Assembly (NCBI GenBank): GCA_025352325.1
Contig: JANXTR010000053.1
Location: 13,567-77,566, forward strand
Source: Microbacteriaceae bacterium
GTDB taxonomy: Bacteria > Actinomycetota > Actinomycetes > Actinomycetales > Microbacteriaceae
DNA length: 64,000 bases
Direction of reading: 5' to 3'
Shown here one piece after another: positions 1 through 8,250 of this stretch; positions within the stretch are counted from its first letter, which is position 1; every line of letters begins with the position of its first letter. The translations under genes were made by a program, and so were the position numbers. The notes under the pieces were generated by a model. The model saw nothing but the letters and a program-made list of their open reading frames with translations. It searched no databases and was not told the origin of the DNA.

Positions 1-26
1 GCGCAGGCGACGCGCAGCGGACGGTC

Positions 27-1070
27 TCAGCGTCGCGGGTCGACCAGGATCTTCGGGCCCGTTCCAACCCCGGTGCGGCCGGATCCGCTCGGCCTCCAGC
101 CCGCGAGCACGTCGGCGACCTGGTCGAGTCCGACGGTGGCGCCGACCAGTGGCCGCGGGTCGACGAGGCCCGATGCGTAGTGCTCGATCGCCGCGGCGAG
201 GCCGCCGGATGCGCTGAGTACGCCGACCACGGTGACGTCCTTGAGCGCGATCTGACGGGTGTCGACCAGGCTCGGCGTGGTGGACAGGCCGATGAAGACG
301 ACCCGCTTGCCGGGTTCGACGAGGTCGACCGCGCGCGCCGGCACGGAGTCGCCGTTCGAGGCGTCGATCACGGCGTCCCACGGCAGCCTGGGCAGCTCGC
401 CGTGCCCGGCGTGACCGTCGGAACCGGGGCCCCAGACGCCGGCGAAGCCCATCGTCGCCGCGAACTCCAGCGACGACGGCTCCCTGCCCAGCAGGTGCAC
501 CTCGGCCCCGGCCGCGCGCGCGATCAAACCGGACAGCATCGCGATCGCGCCGGTCCCGATCACCAGCAGGCGGTCGCCCGAGGCGAGACCGGCGCCGCGG
601 ACGGCGCGCATCGCGTTGCCGCCCGGCTCTACGAGGGCTCCGGCCTCGGAATCGACCGAGTCGGGAAGAGCAAGCAGCGCCGTGGCCGGAACCGCGAGCT
701 GCTCGGCCAGCGCCCCCGGCCAGCGGATCAGCCCGATCTCGGAGCGGTTGTCGCAGACGTGCTGCCGTCCGCCAAGGCACCGCGCGCAGACACCGCAGCC
801 GAGCATGGTGTCGGCGGTCGCGCGTCGCCCGATCCAGCTCGCGTCGACGCCTTCGCCGACCGAGACAACCCGGCCGCACCACTCGTGCCCGAGCCGCTGC
901 GGAAACCGCCAGTCCGGCAGGTCGTCGATCTCGCCGCTGAACAGCTCGACATCCGTGCCGCAGAGGCCGACCCGTTCGACGTCGAGCACGACCTGGCCAG
1001 GACCGGCGATCGGGTTCTCGACCTCCTCGACGATGATCTCCCGGGGCGCGCGCAGAGAGACGGCTCTCAT
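27..1070 (-). CDS. Zn-dependent alcohol/polyol dehydrogenase (MDR superfamily)
   Basis: 347-aa ORF. Catalytic-Zn motif GHEWCG, structural-Zn Cys cluster GCGVCARCLGGRQHVC, and Rossmann GTGAIAM. Clear paralogue of 2801..3817, with shared runs DTMLGCGVC, GALVEPGGNA and KDVTVVGVLSAS. Confidence 0.9.
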   Translation of the reverse strand: MRAVSLRAPREIIVEEVENPIAGPGQVVLDVERVGLCGTDVELFSGEIDDLPDWRFPQRLGHEWCGRVVSVGEGVDASWIGRRATADTMLGCGVCARCLGGRQHVCDNRSEIGLIRWPGALAEQLAVPATALLALPDSVDSEAGALVEPGGNAMRAVRGAGLASGDRLLVIGTGAIAMLSGLIARAAGAEVHLLGREPSSLEFAATMGFAGVWGPGSDGHAGHGELPRLPWDAVIDASNGDSVPARAVDLVEPGKRVVFIGLSTTPSLVDTRQIALKDVTVVGVLSASGGLAAAIEHYASGLVDPRPLVGATVGLDQVADVLAGWRPSGSGRTGVGTGPKILVDPRR

Positions 1071-1142
1071 GCCGGAATCGGGACGAAGAGGAGGGCGGGG
1101 TCAACAGTGATCACCCGAAAAGCCTAGGCGGGCGACGCGCCA

Positions 1143-2021
1143 TCACTCGCCGACATACGAGGGCGTGCCGTCGGCCGCGGGTGCCACCCCGTCGCCCCAG
1201 GTCGCGACCGGTGCCTGCAGGCCGTCCGCGATCCAGAGGAATCGCCCGTTTGGCATGCCGCCCGCGTCGTGCACAACCCGCAGCACCAGCTCGGCCGCCT
1301 TCTCGACCGGGTCACCGCCGGTGCGCTCCATCCAGTCGACCCAAGAGCCGTAGTTCGTGTCGGCCGCGCTACCGAGGGCGGTGACGTCGTCGCGGATCCG
1401 CACGAACATCTCGGTCTTCACGTCGCCCGGGTGAAAGACGTTGGCGGTCACGCCGGTCCCCTCGAGCTCAGCGGCCACGTGCCGCGTCAGCTGATCGAGT
1501 GCGACCTTGCTTGTGGCATACGCGCTGTTGAGCGGGCCGGGCGTGTGCACAGCCGCGGCCGACGTCACGTTCAGGATGCGGCCCCACCCCGCAGCGATCA
1601 TGCCCGGCAAGAAGCGGCGCATCGTGAAATATGCCGAGTGCAGGTTGACCGCGAGCGTGCGGATCCACTCTTCCGGGTCAGAGTCGACGACCGGTCGCAG
1701 CGGCCCGAAGACGCCCGCCGCGTTCACAAGGATCGCGGGCTGCGTCATCCCGGCGTCAGCAATCGCGTCGGCGAGACGGTCGACGGCGTCCCGGTCGCTG
1801 ACATCGGTCGGAACGGTGAGGGCGATTCCGCCTGCCGCGCGGATCTGCTCGGCAACCCCCTGGAGAGCGCCGACGTCGCGAGCCACGAGTACGACCTCGG
1901 CACCGTCCGCCGCGAGCGCGAGGGCGATCGCCCGGCCGACGCCGCGACCTGCCCCCGTCACGACGGCGACCCGGGCGCTCGGCTTTTGGTCGACATCCAC
2001 GGCTCGAGAATAGGCGGCCAC
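1143..2021 (-). CDS. SDR-family oxidoreductase
   Basis: 292-aa ORF with TGAGRGVG dinucleotide motif, NAAG, and catalytic YxxxK (YATSK). The start is a GTG, and the in-frame GTG at 2000 is an alternative. Confidence 0.85.
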   Translation of the reverse strand: MAAYSRAVDVDQKPSARVAVVTGAGRGVGRAIALALAADGAEVVLVARDVGALQGVAEQIRAAGGIALTVPTDVSDRDAVDRLADAIADAGMTQPAILVNAAGVFGPLRPVVDSDPEEWIRTLAVNLHSAYFTMRRFLPGMIAAGWGRILNVTSAAAVHTPGPLNSAYATSKVALDQLTRHVAAELEGTGVTANVFHPGDVKTEMFVRIRDDVTALGSAADTNYGSWVDWMERTGGDPVEKAAELVLRVVHDAGGMPNGRFLWIADGLQAPVATWGDGVAPAADGTPSYVGE

Positions 2022-2032
2022 TGGCTTGGCGA

Positions 2033-2776
2033 CTAGCCGACCCGCACCCCGCCCATTCCTCCGTCAACGGCGAGCAGAGTCCCGGTCGTCGACGACGACA
2101 GCGGCGAGGCGAGGTAGACGATCGCGTTCGCCACCTCCGGTGCGGTCACGAGACGGCCCATGGGCTGACGCGCTTTGAGGGCTGCGGCGGCCACCGCGGC
2201 GTCCGGGGCGGCATCCAGCAGGCGCCCCACCCAGGGGGTGTCGGCCGTGCCGGGCGTGACCGCGTTGACCCGGATCCCCTCGTGCACGTGGTCCGCCGCC
2301 ATCGCAAGCGTCAGTGCCGCAACCGCGCCCTTGCTGGCACCGTACAGGGCGCGGTTCGGCACACCCACCACGGCGACGACGCTGCAGGTATTGACGATCG
2401 CGGCGTGGGCCGAGGCGCGCAGGTGCGGCAGCGCGGCCCGGCTCACCCGCGCGAGGCCGACGACGTTGACGTCGAGCACGCGGTGCCACTCCTCGTCGCT
2501 GTTCGCGGCGATGTCGCCGGAAGCGCCGATGCCCGCGTTGTTGATCACGATGTCGAGCGAGCCGAAGTGCTCGACGACGGCCGCGACGGCCGCGTTCACC
2601 TGCGCCGAGTCTGTGATGTCGCAGACCACGCCGAACTGAGTGTCGGGGATACCGTCGACGGCCCGGTCGAGCACGGCCACCCGCGCACCGCGCTCGACGA
2701 GCAGGGCGGCGGTGGCTTCGCCGAGTCCGCTCGCTCCCCCGGTCACGATGGCGACGAGATTGTTGAATTCGGTCAT
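2033..2776 (-). CDS. SDR-family oxidoreductase
   Basis: 247-aa ORF with TGGASGLG, NNAG and YGASK motifs. A strong GAAGGAGAG Shine-Dalgarno lies 8 nt upstream of the ATG. Confidence 0.9.
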   Translation of the reverse strand: MTEFNNLVAIVTGGASGLGEATAALLVERGARVAVLDRAVDGIPDTQFGVVCDITDSAQVNAAVAAVVEHFGSLDIVINNAGIGASGDIAANSDEEWHRVLDVNVVGLARVSRAALPHLRASAHAAIVNTCSVVAVVGVPNRALYGASKGAVAALTLAMAADHVHEGIRVNAVTPGTADTPWVGRLLDAAPDAAVAAAALKARQPMGRLVTAPEVANAIVYLASPLSSSTTGTLLAVDGGMGGVRVG

Positions 2777-2800
2777 TGTGGTGGCTCTCCTTCGAGCGGT

Positions 2801-3817
2801 TCAGATTCGCGGATCGACGTGCAGTTTGGGTCCGAGGCCCGCGCCGTCGGGGCGGTGGCCCGCGAGCACGGCGCCGACCTCGTCGAGGCCGACGGTCGCG
2901 GCGACGAGCCGACGCGGATCCACCGCCCCCGAGGCGTAAAGCTCGATTGTCCCGGCGAGTCCGGGCGAGGCGCTGAGCACACCGACGGCGGTGACGTCCT
3001 TCAGGGCGAGCGAGCGCGTGTCGATCAGGCTGGGGCTGCCGGCGAGTCCGACGTAAACAACCCGCCCGGCGGGCTCGACGAACTCGAGGGCCCTCGCGGG
3101 CAGGGTGGGGGCGTTCGAGCAGTCGATGACCGCGTCCCACGGGAGATCATGTGGCAGCGTCTCCTCGTCCCAGACGCCGTGAAAACCGAGGCCGCGCGCG
3201 TACTCGAGCGATCGCGCCGACCGGCCGACCAGGTGCACTTCGACGCCCTGCGCGCGGGCGATCAGCGCGACGAGTAGCCCGATTGTTCCGGGACCTAGCA
3301 CGAGCAGCCTGTCGCCCGCGGCGAGGTTCGCCCCGCGGACGGAGCGCAGCGCGTTGCCGCCGGGCTCAACCAGGGCACCGAGCTCGTCATCCACCGCATC
3401 CGGGAGCGCGTGCAGAGCGGTCACCGGCATGGCGAGCTGCTCGGCGAGAGCCCCGGCAAACCCTCCGCGGATGCCGACCTCGAAGCGGAACTCGCAGACG
3501 TGCTGGTTGCCCCGCAGGCAGCGACGGCAGACACCGCAGCCGAGCATCGTGTCGCCCGTGACTCGGCGGCCGATCCAGCCGGAGTCGACCCCGTCGCCGA
3601 CCGAGGCGACCGTGCCCATCCACTCGTGACCGAGCCGCAGCGGGTACTCGGCGAAGCCCTCGTGCAGGTACTGCATCTCGCCGGTGAAGAACTCCACGTC
3701 GGTGCCGCAGACCCCCACGCGCTGGACGTCGATGACCACCTGGCCCGGCGCGGCGACGGGGGGCGCGACATCCTGGACCTCGCTCTCGCGAGGTCCCGTG
3801 AGCACGAAGGCGCGCAC
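2801..3817 (-). CDS. Zn-dependent alcohol/polyol dehydrogenase (MDR superfamily), paralogue of 27..1070
   Basis: 338-aa ORF with GHEWMG, GCGVCRRCLRGNQHVC and GPGTIGL. The GTG start lies 2 nt after the stop of the upstream FAH gene. Confidence 0.9.
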   Translation of the reverse strand: MRAFVLTGPRESEVQDVAPPVAAPGQVVIDVQRVGVCGTDVEFFTGEMQYLHEGFAEYPLRLGHEWMGTVASVGDGVDSGWIGRRVTGDTMLGCGVCRRCLRGNQHVCEFRFEVGIRGGFAGALAEQLAMPVTALHALPDAVDDELGALVEPGGNALRSVRGANLAAGDRLLVLGPGTIGLLVALIARAQGVEVHLVGRSARSLEYARGLGFHGVWDEETLPHDLPWDAVIDCSNAPTLPARALEFVEPAGRVVYVGLAGSPSLIDTRSLALKDVTAVGVLSASPGLAGTIELYASGAVDPRRLVAATVGLDEVGAVLAGHRPDGAGLGPKLHVDPRI

Positions 3818-3819
3818 GC

Positions 3820-4707
3820 TCAGTCCGACGGTGTGGGCCGCGGGGCGAGCACGGTCTGGCGCTGCGAGCCGAGCCCGTCGATGCCGAGCTCCATGACGTC
3901 GCCGGCCTGCAGCCAGACCGGGGGTTTCAAGCCCATACCGACCCCGGGCGGGGTGCCCGTGTTGATGAGGTCGCCGGGCTCAAGCACCATGAACTGGCTG
4001 AGGTAGTGGACGATGAAGAACGGGTCGAAGACCATCGTCGAGGTCGAGCCGGTCTGGCGACGGACGCCGCTGACATCCAGCCACATCCCCAGGTCGAGCA
4101 CATCCGGGATCTCGTCGGGCGTGACCAGCCACGGGCCCGCCGGGTTGAAGGTCTCGGCCGACTTGCCCTTCGACCACTGGCCGTTGCGCTCGATCTGGAA
4201 GGCCCGCTCGCTGACGTCGTTGACGACGCAGTAGCCGGCGATGGCGTCCTTCGCCTCCTCGACCGAGTCGAGGTAGCTGGTGCGCTTCCCGATCACGATG
4301 CCGAGCTCGACCTCCCAGTCTGGCTTCGTCGAGCCGCGCGGGATGCGCACCTCGTCGTTCGGGCCGATCAGGGTGTTGGGCGACTTGGTGAACAGGATCG
4401 GCTCGGCCGGCACCTCCTGCCCGGTCTCGGCGGCGTGGTCGCGGTAGTTGAGCCCGATGCAGAGGATCTGGTGCGGACGCGCGATCGGGGCGCCGATGCG
4501 CTCGCCCGCGAAGGCGATGACCTGCCCGGCGGCGACGCGTTCGGCGACGATGGCGGGCAGCTCGGCCAGCAATCCGCTGCCGAAGAACCGCTCGTCGAAG
4601 TCGACGACGACGTCCGAGAGGTCGACGTACCTCTCGCCGTTCTCCTCGTCGGTGATGCGGGCGACGGGCTTCTCGGAGCCGACGGCTCCAATGCGCATGA
4701 GGTGCAT
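3820..4707 (-). CDS. Fumarylacetoacetate hydrolase (FAH) family protein (2-keto-3-deoxy-acid dehydratase or 2,4-diketo-acid hydrolase type)
   Basis: The real start is MHLMRIGAV at 4707, with a GGAGAA SD upstream. The 473-aa track ORF is an Arg/Pro/Ser-rich N-terminal shadow extension. FAH motifs are ILCIGLNYRDHAAE, PILFTKSPN and GDLINTGTPPGVG. Confidence 0.88.
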   Translation of the reverse strand: MHLMRIGAVGSEKPVARITDEENGERYVDLSDVVVDFDERFFGSGLLAELPAIVAERVAAGQVIAFAGERIGAPIARPHQILCIGLNYRDHAAETGQEVPAEPILFTKSPNTLIGPNDEVRIPRGSTKPDWEVELGIVIGKRTSYLDSVEEAKDAIAGYCVVNDVSERAFQIERNGQWSKGKSAETFNPAGPWLVTPDEIPDVLDLGMWLDVSGVRRQTGSTSTMVFDPFFIVHYLSQFMVLEPGDLINTGTPPGVGMGLKPPVWLQAGDVMELGIDGLGSQRQTVLAPRPTPSD

Positions 4708-4720
4708 GTGGGTTCTCCAG

Positions 4721-5626
4721 CTAGTCGGCGGGGGTGGTGATCGAGCTCCACGAGCCAGACCAGGGGAAGGTGGGCGCGCCGGTGACGCTGACGTCCGCGA
4801 GGAAGAGGCGGCCGGCATCCGGATACCGTTCCAGGCCGGCGCCGTCGAGGTCGCGGGAGGCGGTGGTGAGCACCAGGCGGTTGAGCTCGGGGCCGACGAA
4901 TGCGAGGCTCGAGACGTGCGGGGCCGGCACCTGGACGACATCGACGAGCTCGCCGTCGGGGCTGTACGCGCGAGCCTCGCCGGTGCCCCAGAGCGCGGCC
5001 CAGATGTACCCGCGCGCGTCGACGCAGATCCCGTCGGGATGCTCGTCGAGTCGCAGCTGCACCCGTCGTTCGCCGATCGCTCCCGAGGCGGAGTCGTAGT
5101 CGCGCGCCCAGATCGTCCGGGCGATCGTGTCCGCGCTGTAGAGCGTGCGACCGTCGGGCGACCAGGCGAGCCCGTTCGAGATACTGAGGTCGGAGTCGAG
5201 CGTGCGCAGCGAGCCGTCGCTCTCGACGCGCGACAGCACATCGTGACCGGGCGCCTCGTCGAAGCGGAGGGTGCCGATCAGGAAGCGGCCGGCCGCATCG
5301 CACGCGCCGTCGTTGGTGCGGCTGGTGTCGGGGTCGCGCACGATGATCGGACCGTCGCGCCGGGCGCCGTCAGCGGCGACCACCACGAGGTGGTCTTGAG
5401 CCGCGACGAGCAGACCGCCCTCGGGTCCGGGCACGGCGGCGCCCACCATCCCGTCGAACTGCCACTCGCGCAGGACCTCGATCGTGGTCTGTCGTAGTTC
5501 GCCCTCGAAGACCGTTCCCCGCACGATGTCGACCCAGAGCAGGGTGCCGGATGGCGCGTTCCAGACCGGCCCCTCGGCCAGCACGTGACGCGGCAGCGAG
5601 GCGACCCGCGCCCCGAACACGGTCAC
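4721..5626 (-). CDS. SMP-30/gluconolactonase/LRE-family sugar lactonase
   Basis: Begins VTVFGARVASLPRHVLAEGPVWN, the typical LAEGPxW start of the six-bladed propeller family. The GTG start forms a GTGA overlap with the IclR stop at 5623-5626. Upstream residues of the 398-aa track ORF look non-coding. Confidence 0.85.
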   Translation of the reverse strand: MTVFGARVASLPRHVLAEGPVWNAPSGTLLWVDIVRGTVFEGELRQTTIEVLREWQFDGMVGAAVPGPEGGLLVAAQDHLVVVAADGARRDGPIIVRDPDTSRTNDGACDAAGRFLIGTLRFDEAPGHDVLSRVESDGSLRTLDSDLSISNGLAWSPDGRTLYSADTIARTIWARDYDSASGAIGERRVQLRLDEHPDGICVDARGYIWAALWGTGEARAYSPDGELVDVVQVPAPHVSSLAFVGPELNRLVLTTASRDLDGAGLERYPDAGRLFLADVSVTGAPTFPWSGSWSSITTPAD

Positions 5627-6441
5627 GCGGACACCTCGTCGATCTGGCCGTCGACAATGGCCCGGATGGCGGGCAGATCGTGGACCAGAGCCGTCAGCGG
5701 CGTGCGGTAGGCGAGAGCGCTCACACTGATCGCGCCGGTCGGCTCGGTCGGCGAGAAGAGGAAGACTGGCACGGCGATGCAGTTGACGCCTGGCTCGTTC
5801 TCCTGGTCGTCGACGCTGTAGCCGCGCTGACGTGCGAGCTCGAACTGTTCGTGCAACTCGGCGGCGGTGCCGGCGGTGCGCGCGGTGACCCGCTCGAGCG
5901 TGCGGTCGCCGAGCCACTCGGTGACGGCGGCGAGATCGGGCAGCTGAGCTGAGAGCAGCATCTTGCCGACCGCCGTCGCGTGGGCCGGGTTGCGACCGCC
6001 GACGGTGGAGGTCAGCCGCATCGCGCCGACCGTCGGGTCGACCTTGGCGCGGTAGACGATGCTGTGCCCGTCGAGCACGGCGTAGTGCGAGGTCTCCCCG
6101 AAGCGTGCAGTGAGGCGATCGAGGATCGGCTGCACGCGGAGGTGGTCGGGGCGTGCGGCGTGGTGGGCGAACGCCATCCGCAGGAACTCGTCGCCGAGCA
6201 GGTAGCGGCCACGGCCGTCCTTGCCGGCGAGCCCCGCCCGGCAGAGGGCGGCGAGCGCACGATGCACGGTCGGCTTCGGGCTAGCGATGACCTTCGCCAT
6301 CTCGTCGAGGCTCACCCCCTCGGGGAACTTAGCCAGCTCGACGAGCGCGGCGAGCACGCGATCGGAGCCAACGAGCCGGTCGTCGGTGACCCGTGTCGGC
6401 GGCGTCTGTTTCGTCGCGGATGGCGTAGGTGTAATGTGCAT
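5623..6441 (-). CDS. IclR-family transcriptional regulator
   Basis: The last 272 codons of the 877-aa track ORF, starting MHITPTPS at 6441. N-terminal wHTH (VLAALVELAKFPEGVSLDEMAKVIASPKPTVHRALAAL) and a C-terminal IclR effector domain (GETSHYAVLDG..VYRAK, NCIAVPV). Confidence 0.88.
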   Translation of the reverse strand: MHITPTPSATKQTPPTRVTDDRLVGSDRVLAALVELAKFPEGVSLDEMAKVIASPKPTVHRALAALCRAGLAGKDGRGRYLLGDEFLRMAFAHHAARPDHLRVQPILDRLTARFGETSHYAVLDGHSIVYRAKVDPTVGAMRLTSTVGGRNPAHATAVGKMLLSAQLPDLAAVTEWLGDRTLERVTARTAGTAAELHEQFELARQRGYSVDDQENEPGVNCIAVPVFLFSPTEPTGAISVSALAYRTPLTALVHDLPAIRAIVDGQIDEVSA

Positions 6442-6462
6442 CGCGTTCCATATGTTAGACAG

Positions 6463-8250
6463 ATGTTTCAGGAAACGGAAGAAGGCGCTGTGGCCGAGAA
6501 TGTGGGCGAACCGTATCGGGGCCGCGGGCTTCGCACTGCGCCGCTTCGAACCGCGCAGTGGTATGCCGGTACCGACCGCAACTCCTACATTCACCGGGCC
6601 TGGATGCGGCGTGGCCTCCCCGAGAACGCCTTCGACGGTCGCCCCCACATCGCCATTGCGAACACCACGTCCGATTTGACCCCGTGCAACTCCCACCTCG
6701 ACGAGGTCATGGAGAGCGTGAAGGCCGGCATCTGGGAGGCGGGCGGCGTCCCGCTCGACCTGCCCGTGGTGTCGCTCGGTGAGACGCAGGTGCGCCCGAC
6801 AGCGATGCTCTGGCGCAACATGGCCGCGATGGCGACGGAGGAGATGCTCCGCGCCAACCCGATCGACGGGGTCGTGCTGCTGGGCGGCTGCGACAAGACG
6901 ATCCCCTCGCTGCTGATGGCCGCGGCATCCGTCGACCTGCCGGCGATCGTGGTACCGGGCGGCGCCATGAAGACCGGCACCTTCCAGGGCGTGGCGCTCG
7001 GCTGCGGCACCGACGTCTGGCGCCTCAGTGAGGAGGTGCGCGGCGGCACCCTCAGTGAGAAGGAGTTCCTGACGAGCGAGTCGTCGATGGTCTCGAGCAA
7101 AGGCCACTGCAACACCATGGGGACCGCCTCGACCATGGCGCTCGTGACCGAGGCGCTCGGGATGATCATCCCGGGCCTCGCCGGGACGCCCGCGGTCGAC
7201 GCTCGCCTGCTCGAGAACTCCCACGAAACCGGCAAGCTCATCGTCGACCTCATCGCGGCGGATCGGCGCCCGAGCACCTTCCTCACGAAGGGCTCGTTCC
7301 AGAACGCGATCGTCGCCCTCGCCGCGATCGGCGGCTCGACCAACGCGGTGGTGCACCTGCTCGCCATTGCCGGCCGCCTCGGCATCTCGCTGACGCTCGA
7401 TGACTTCGATGCGATCGGGTCCGGCGTGCCGCTGCTCGTCAACCTGCAGCCGGCCGGTCGCTACCTGATGGACGACTTCCACCGCGCGGGTGGCCTGCTC
7501 TCGGTGCTGCGCGAGGTGGAGGACCTGCTCGATCCGACCGCGTTGACTGTCACCGGTAAGACCCTGGTGTCCTCCCTCGACGGGGCCCGCATCTGGGACA
7601 CCGAGGTCATCTCGGTGCGCGAGAGCCCCCTGATCCCGGATGCCGGCATCGCCGTGCTGCGCGGCAACCTGGCTCCCGGTGGGGCCATCATCAAGCCCGC
7701 AGCGGCCTCCCCACACCTGCTGCAGCACCGCGGGCAGGCGGTCGTGTTTGACTCCATCGAGGACATGCATGCGCGCATCGACGACCCCGACCTCGATGTC
7801 ACCGCCGACTCGATGCTGGTGCTGCGCGGCTGCGGGCCGAAGGGCTACCCGGGCATGCCAGAGGTCGCGAACATGCCGCTGCCCAAGAAGCTGCTGGAGC
7901 AGGGCGTGCGCGACATGGTGCGCATCTGCGACGGACGCATGTCGGGAACGGCATATGGCACGGTGATCCTGCACGTCACGCCCGAGGCAGCCGCGGGCGG
8001 GCCGCTCGGCATCGTCGAGACCGGCGACTGGATCATCCTCGATGTGCCGAAGCGCCGCCTCACCCTCGACGTGACGCAGGAGGTGCTGAACTCGCGCTCG
8101 CCCAACAAGGCGACGCTCGACGGCTTCGCGAAGCCGACGCGGGGCTGGGAAAAGCTCTACGTCGACCACGTCATGCAGGCGGACACAGGGGCCGACCTCG
8201 ACTTCCTGCAGGGGTCGAGCGGCGACAAGGTCTCGCGTGAGTCTCACTGA
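6463..8250 (+). CDS. IlvD/Edd-family sugar-acid dehydratase (arabonate/xylonate/gluconate-dehydratase-like)
   Basis: 595 aa from ATG 6463, with the in-frame GTG at 6490 as an alternative. Family motifs are PHIAIANTTSDLTPCNSHL, GGCDKTIPS, SKGHCNTMGTAS, GGSTNAVVHL and ICDGRMSGTAYG. Confidence 0.9.
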   Translation: MFQETEEGAVAENVGEPYRGRGLRTAPLRTAQWYAGTDRNSYIHRAWMRRGLPENAFDGRPHIAIANTTSDLTPCNSHLDEVMESVKAGIWEAGGVPLDLPVVSLGETQVRPTAMLWRNMAAMATEEMLRANPIDGVVLLGGCDKTIPSLLMAAASVDLPAIVVPGGAMKTGTFQGVALGCGTDVWRLSEEVRGGTLSEKEFLTSESSMVSSKGHCNTMGTASTMALVTEALGMIIPGLAGTPAVDARLLENSHETGKLIVDLIAADRRPSTFLTKGSFQNAIVALAAIGGSTNAVVHLLAIAGRLGISLTLDDFDAIGSGVPLLVNLQPAGRYLMDDFHRAGGLLSVLREVEDLLDPTALTVTGKTLVSSLDGARIWDTEVISVRESPLIPDAGIAVLRGNLAPGGAIIKPAAASPHLLQHRGQAVVFDSIEDMHARIDDPDLDVTADSMLVLRGCGPKGYPGMPEVANMPLPKKLLEQGVRDMVRICDGRMSGTAYGTVILHVTPEAAAGGPLGIVETGDWIILDVPKRRLTLDVTQEVLNSRSPNKATLDGFAKPTRGWEKLYVDHVMQADTGADLDFLQGSSGDKVSRESH

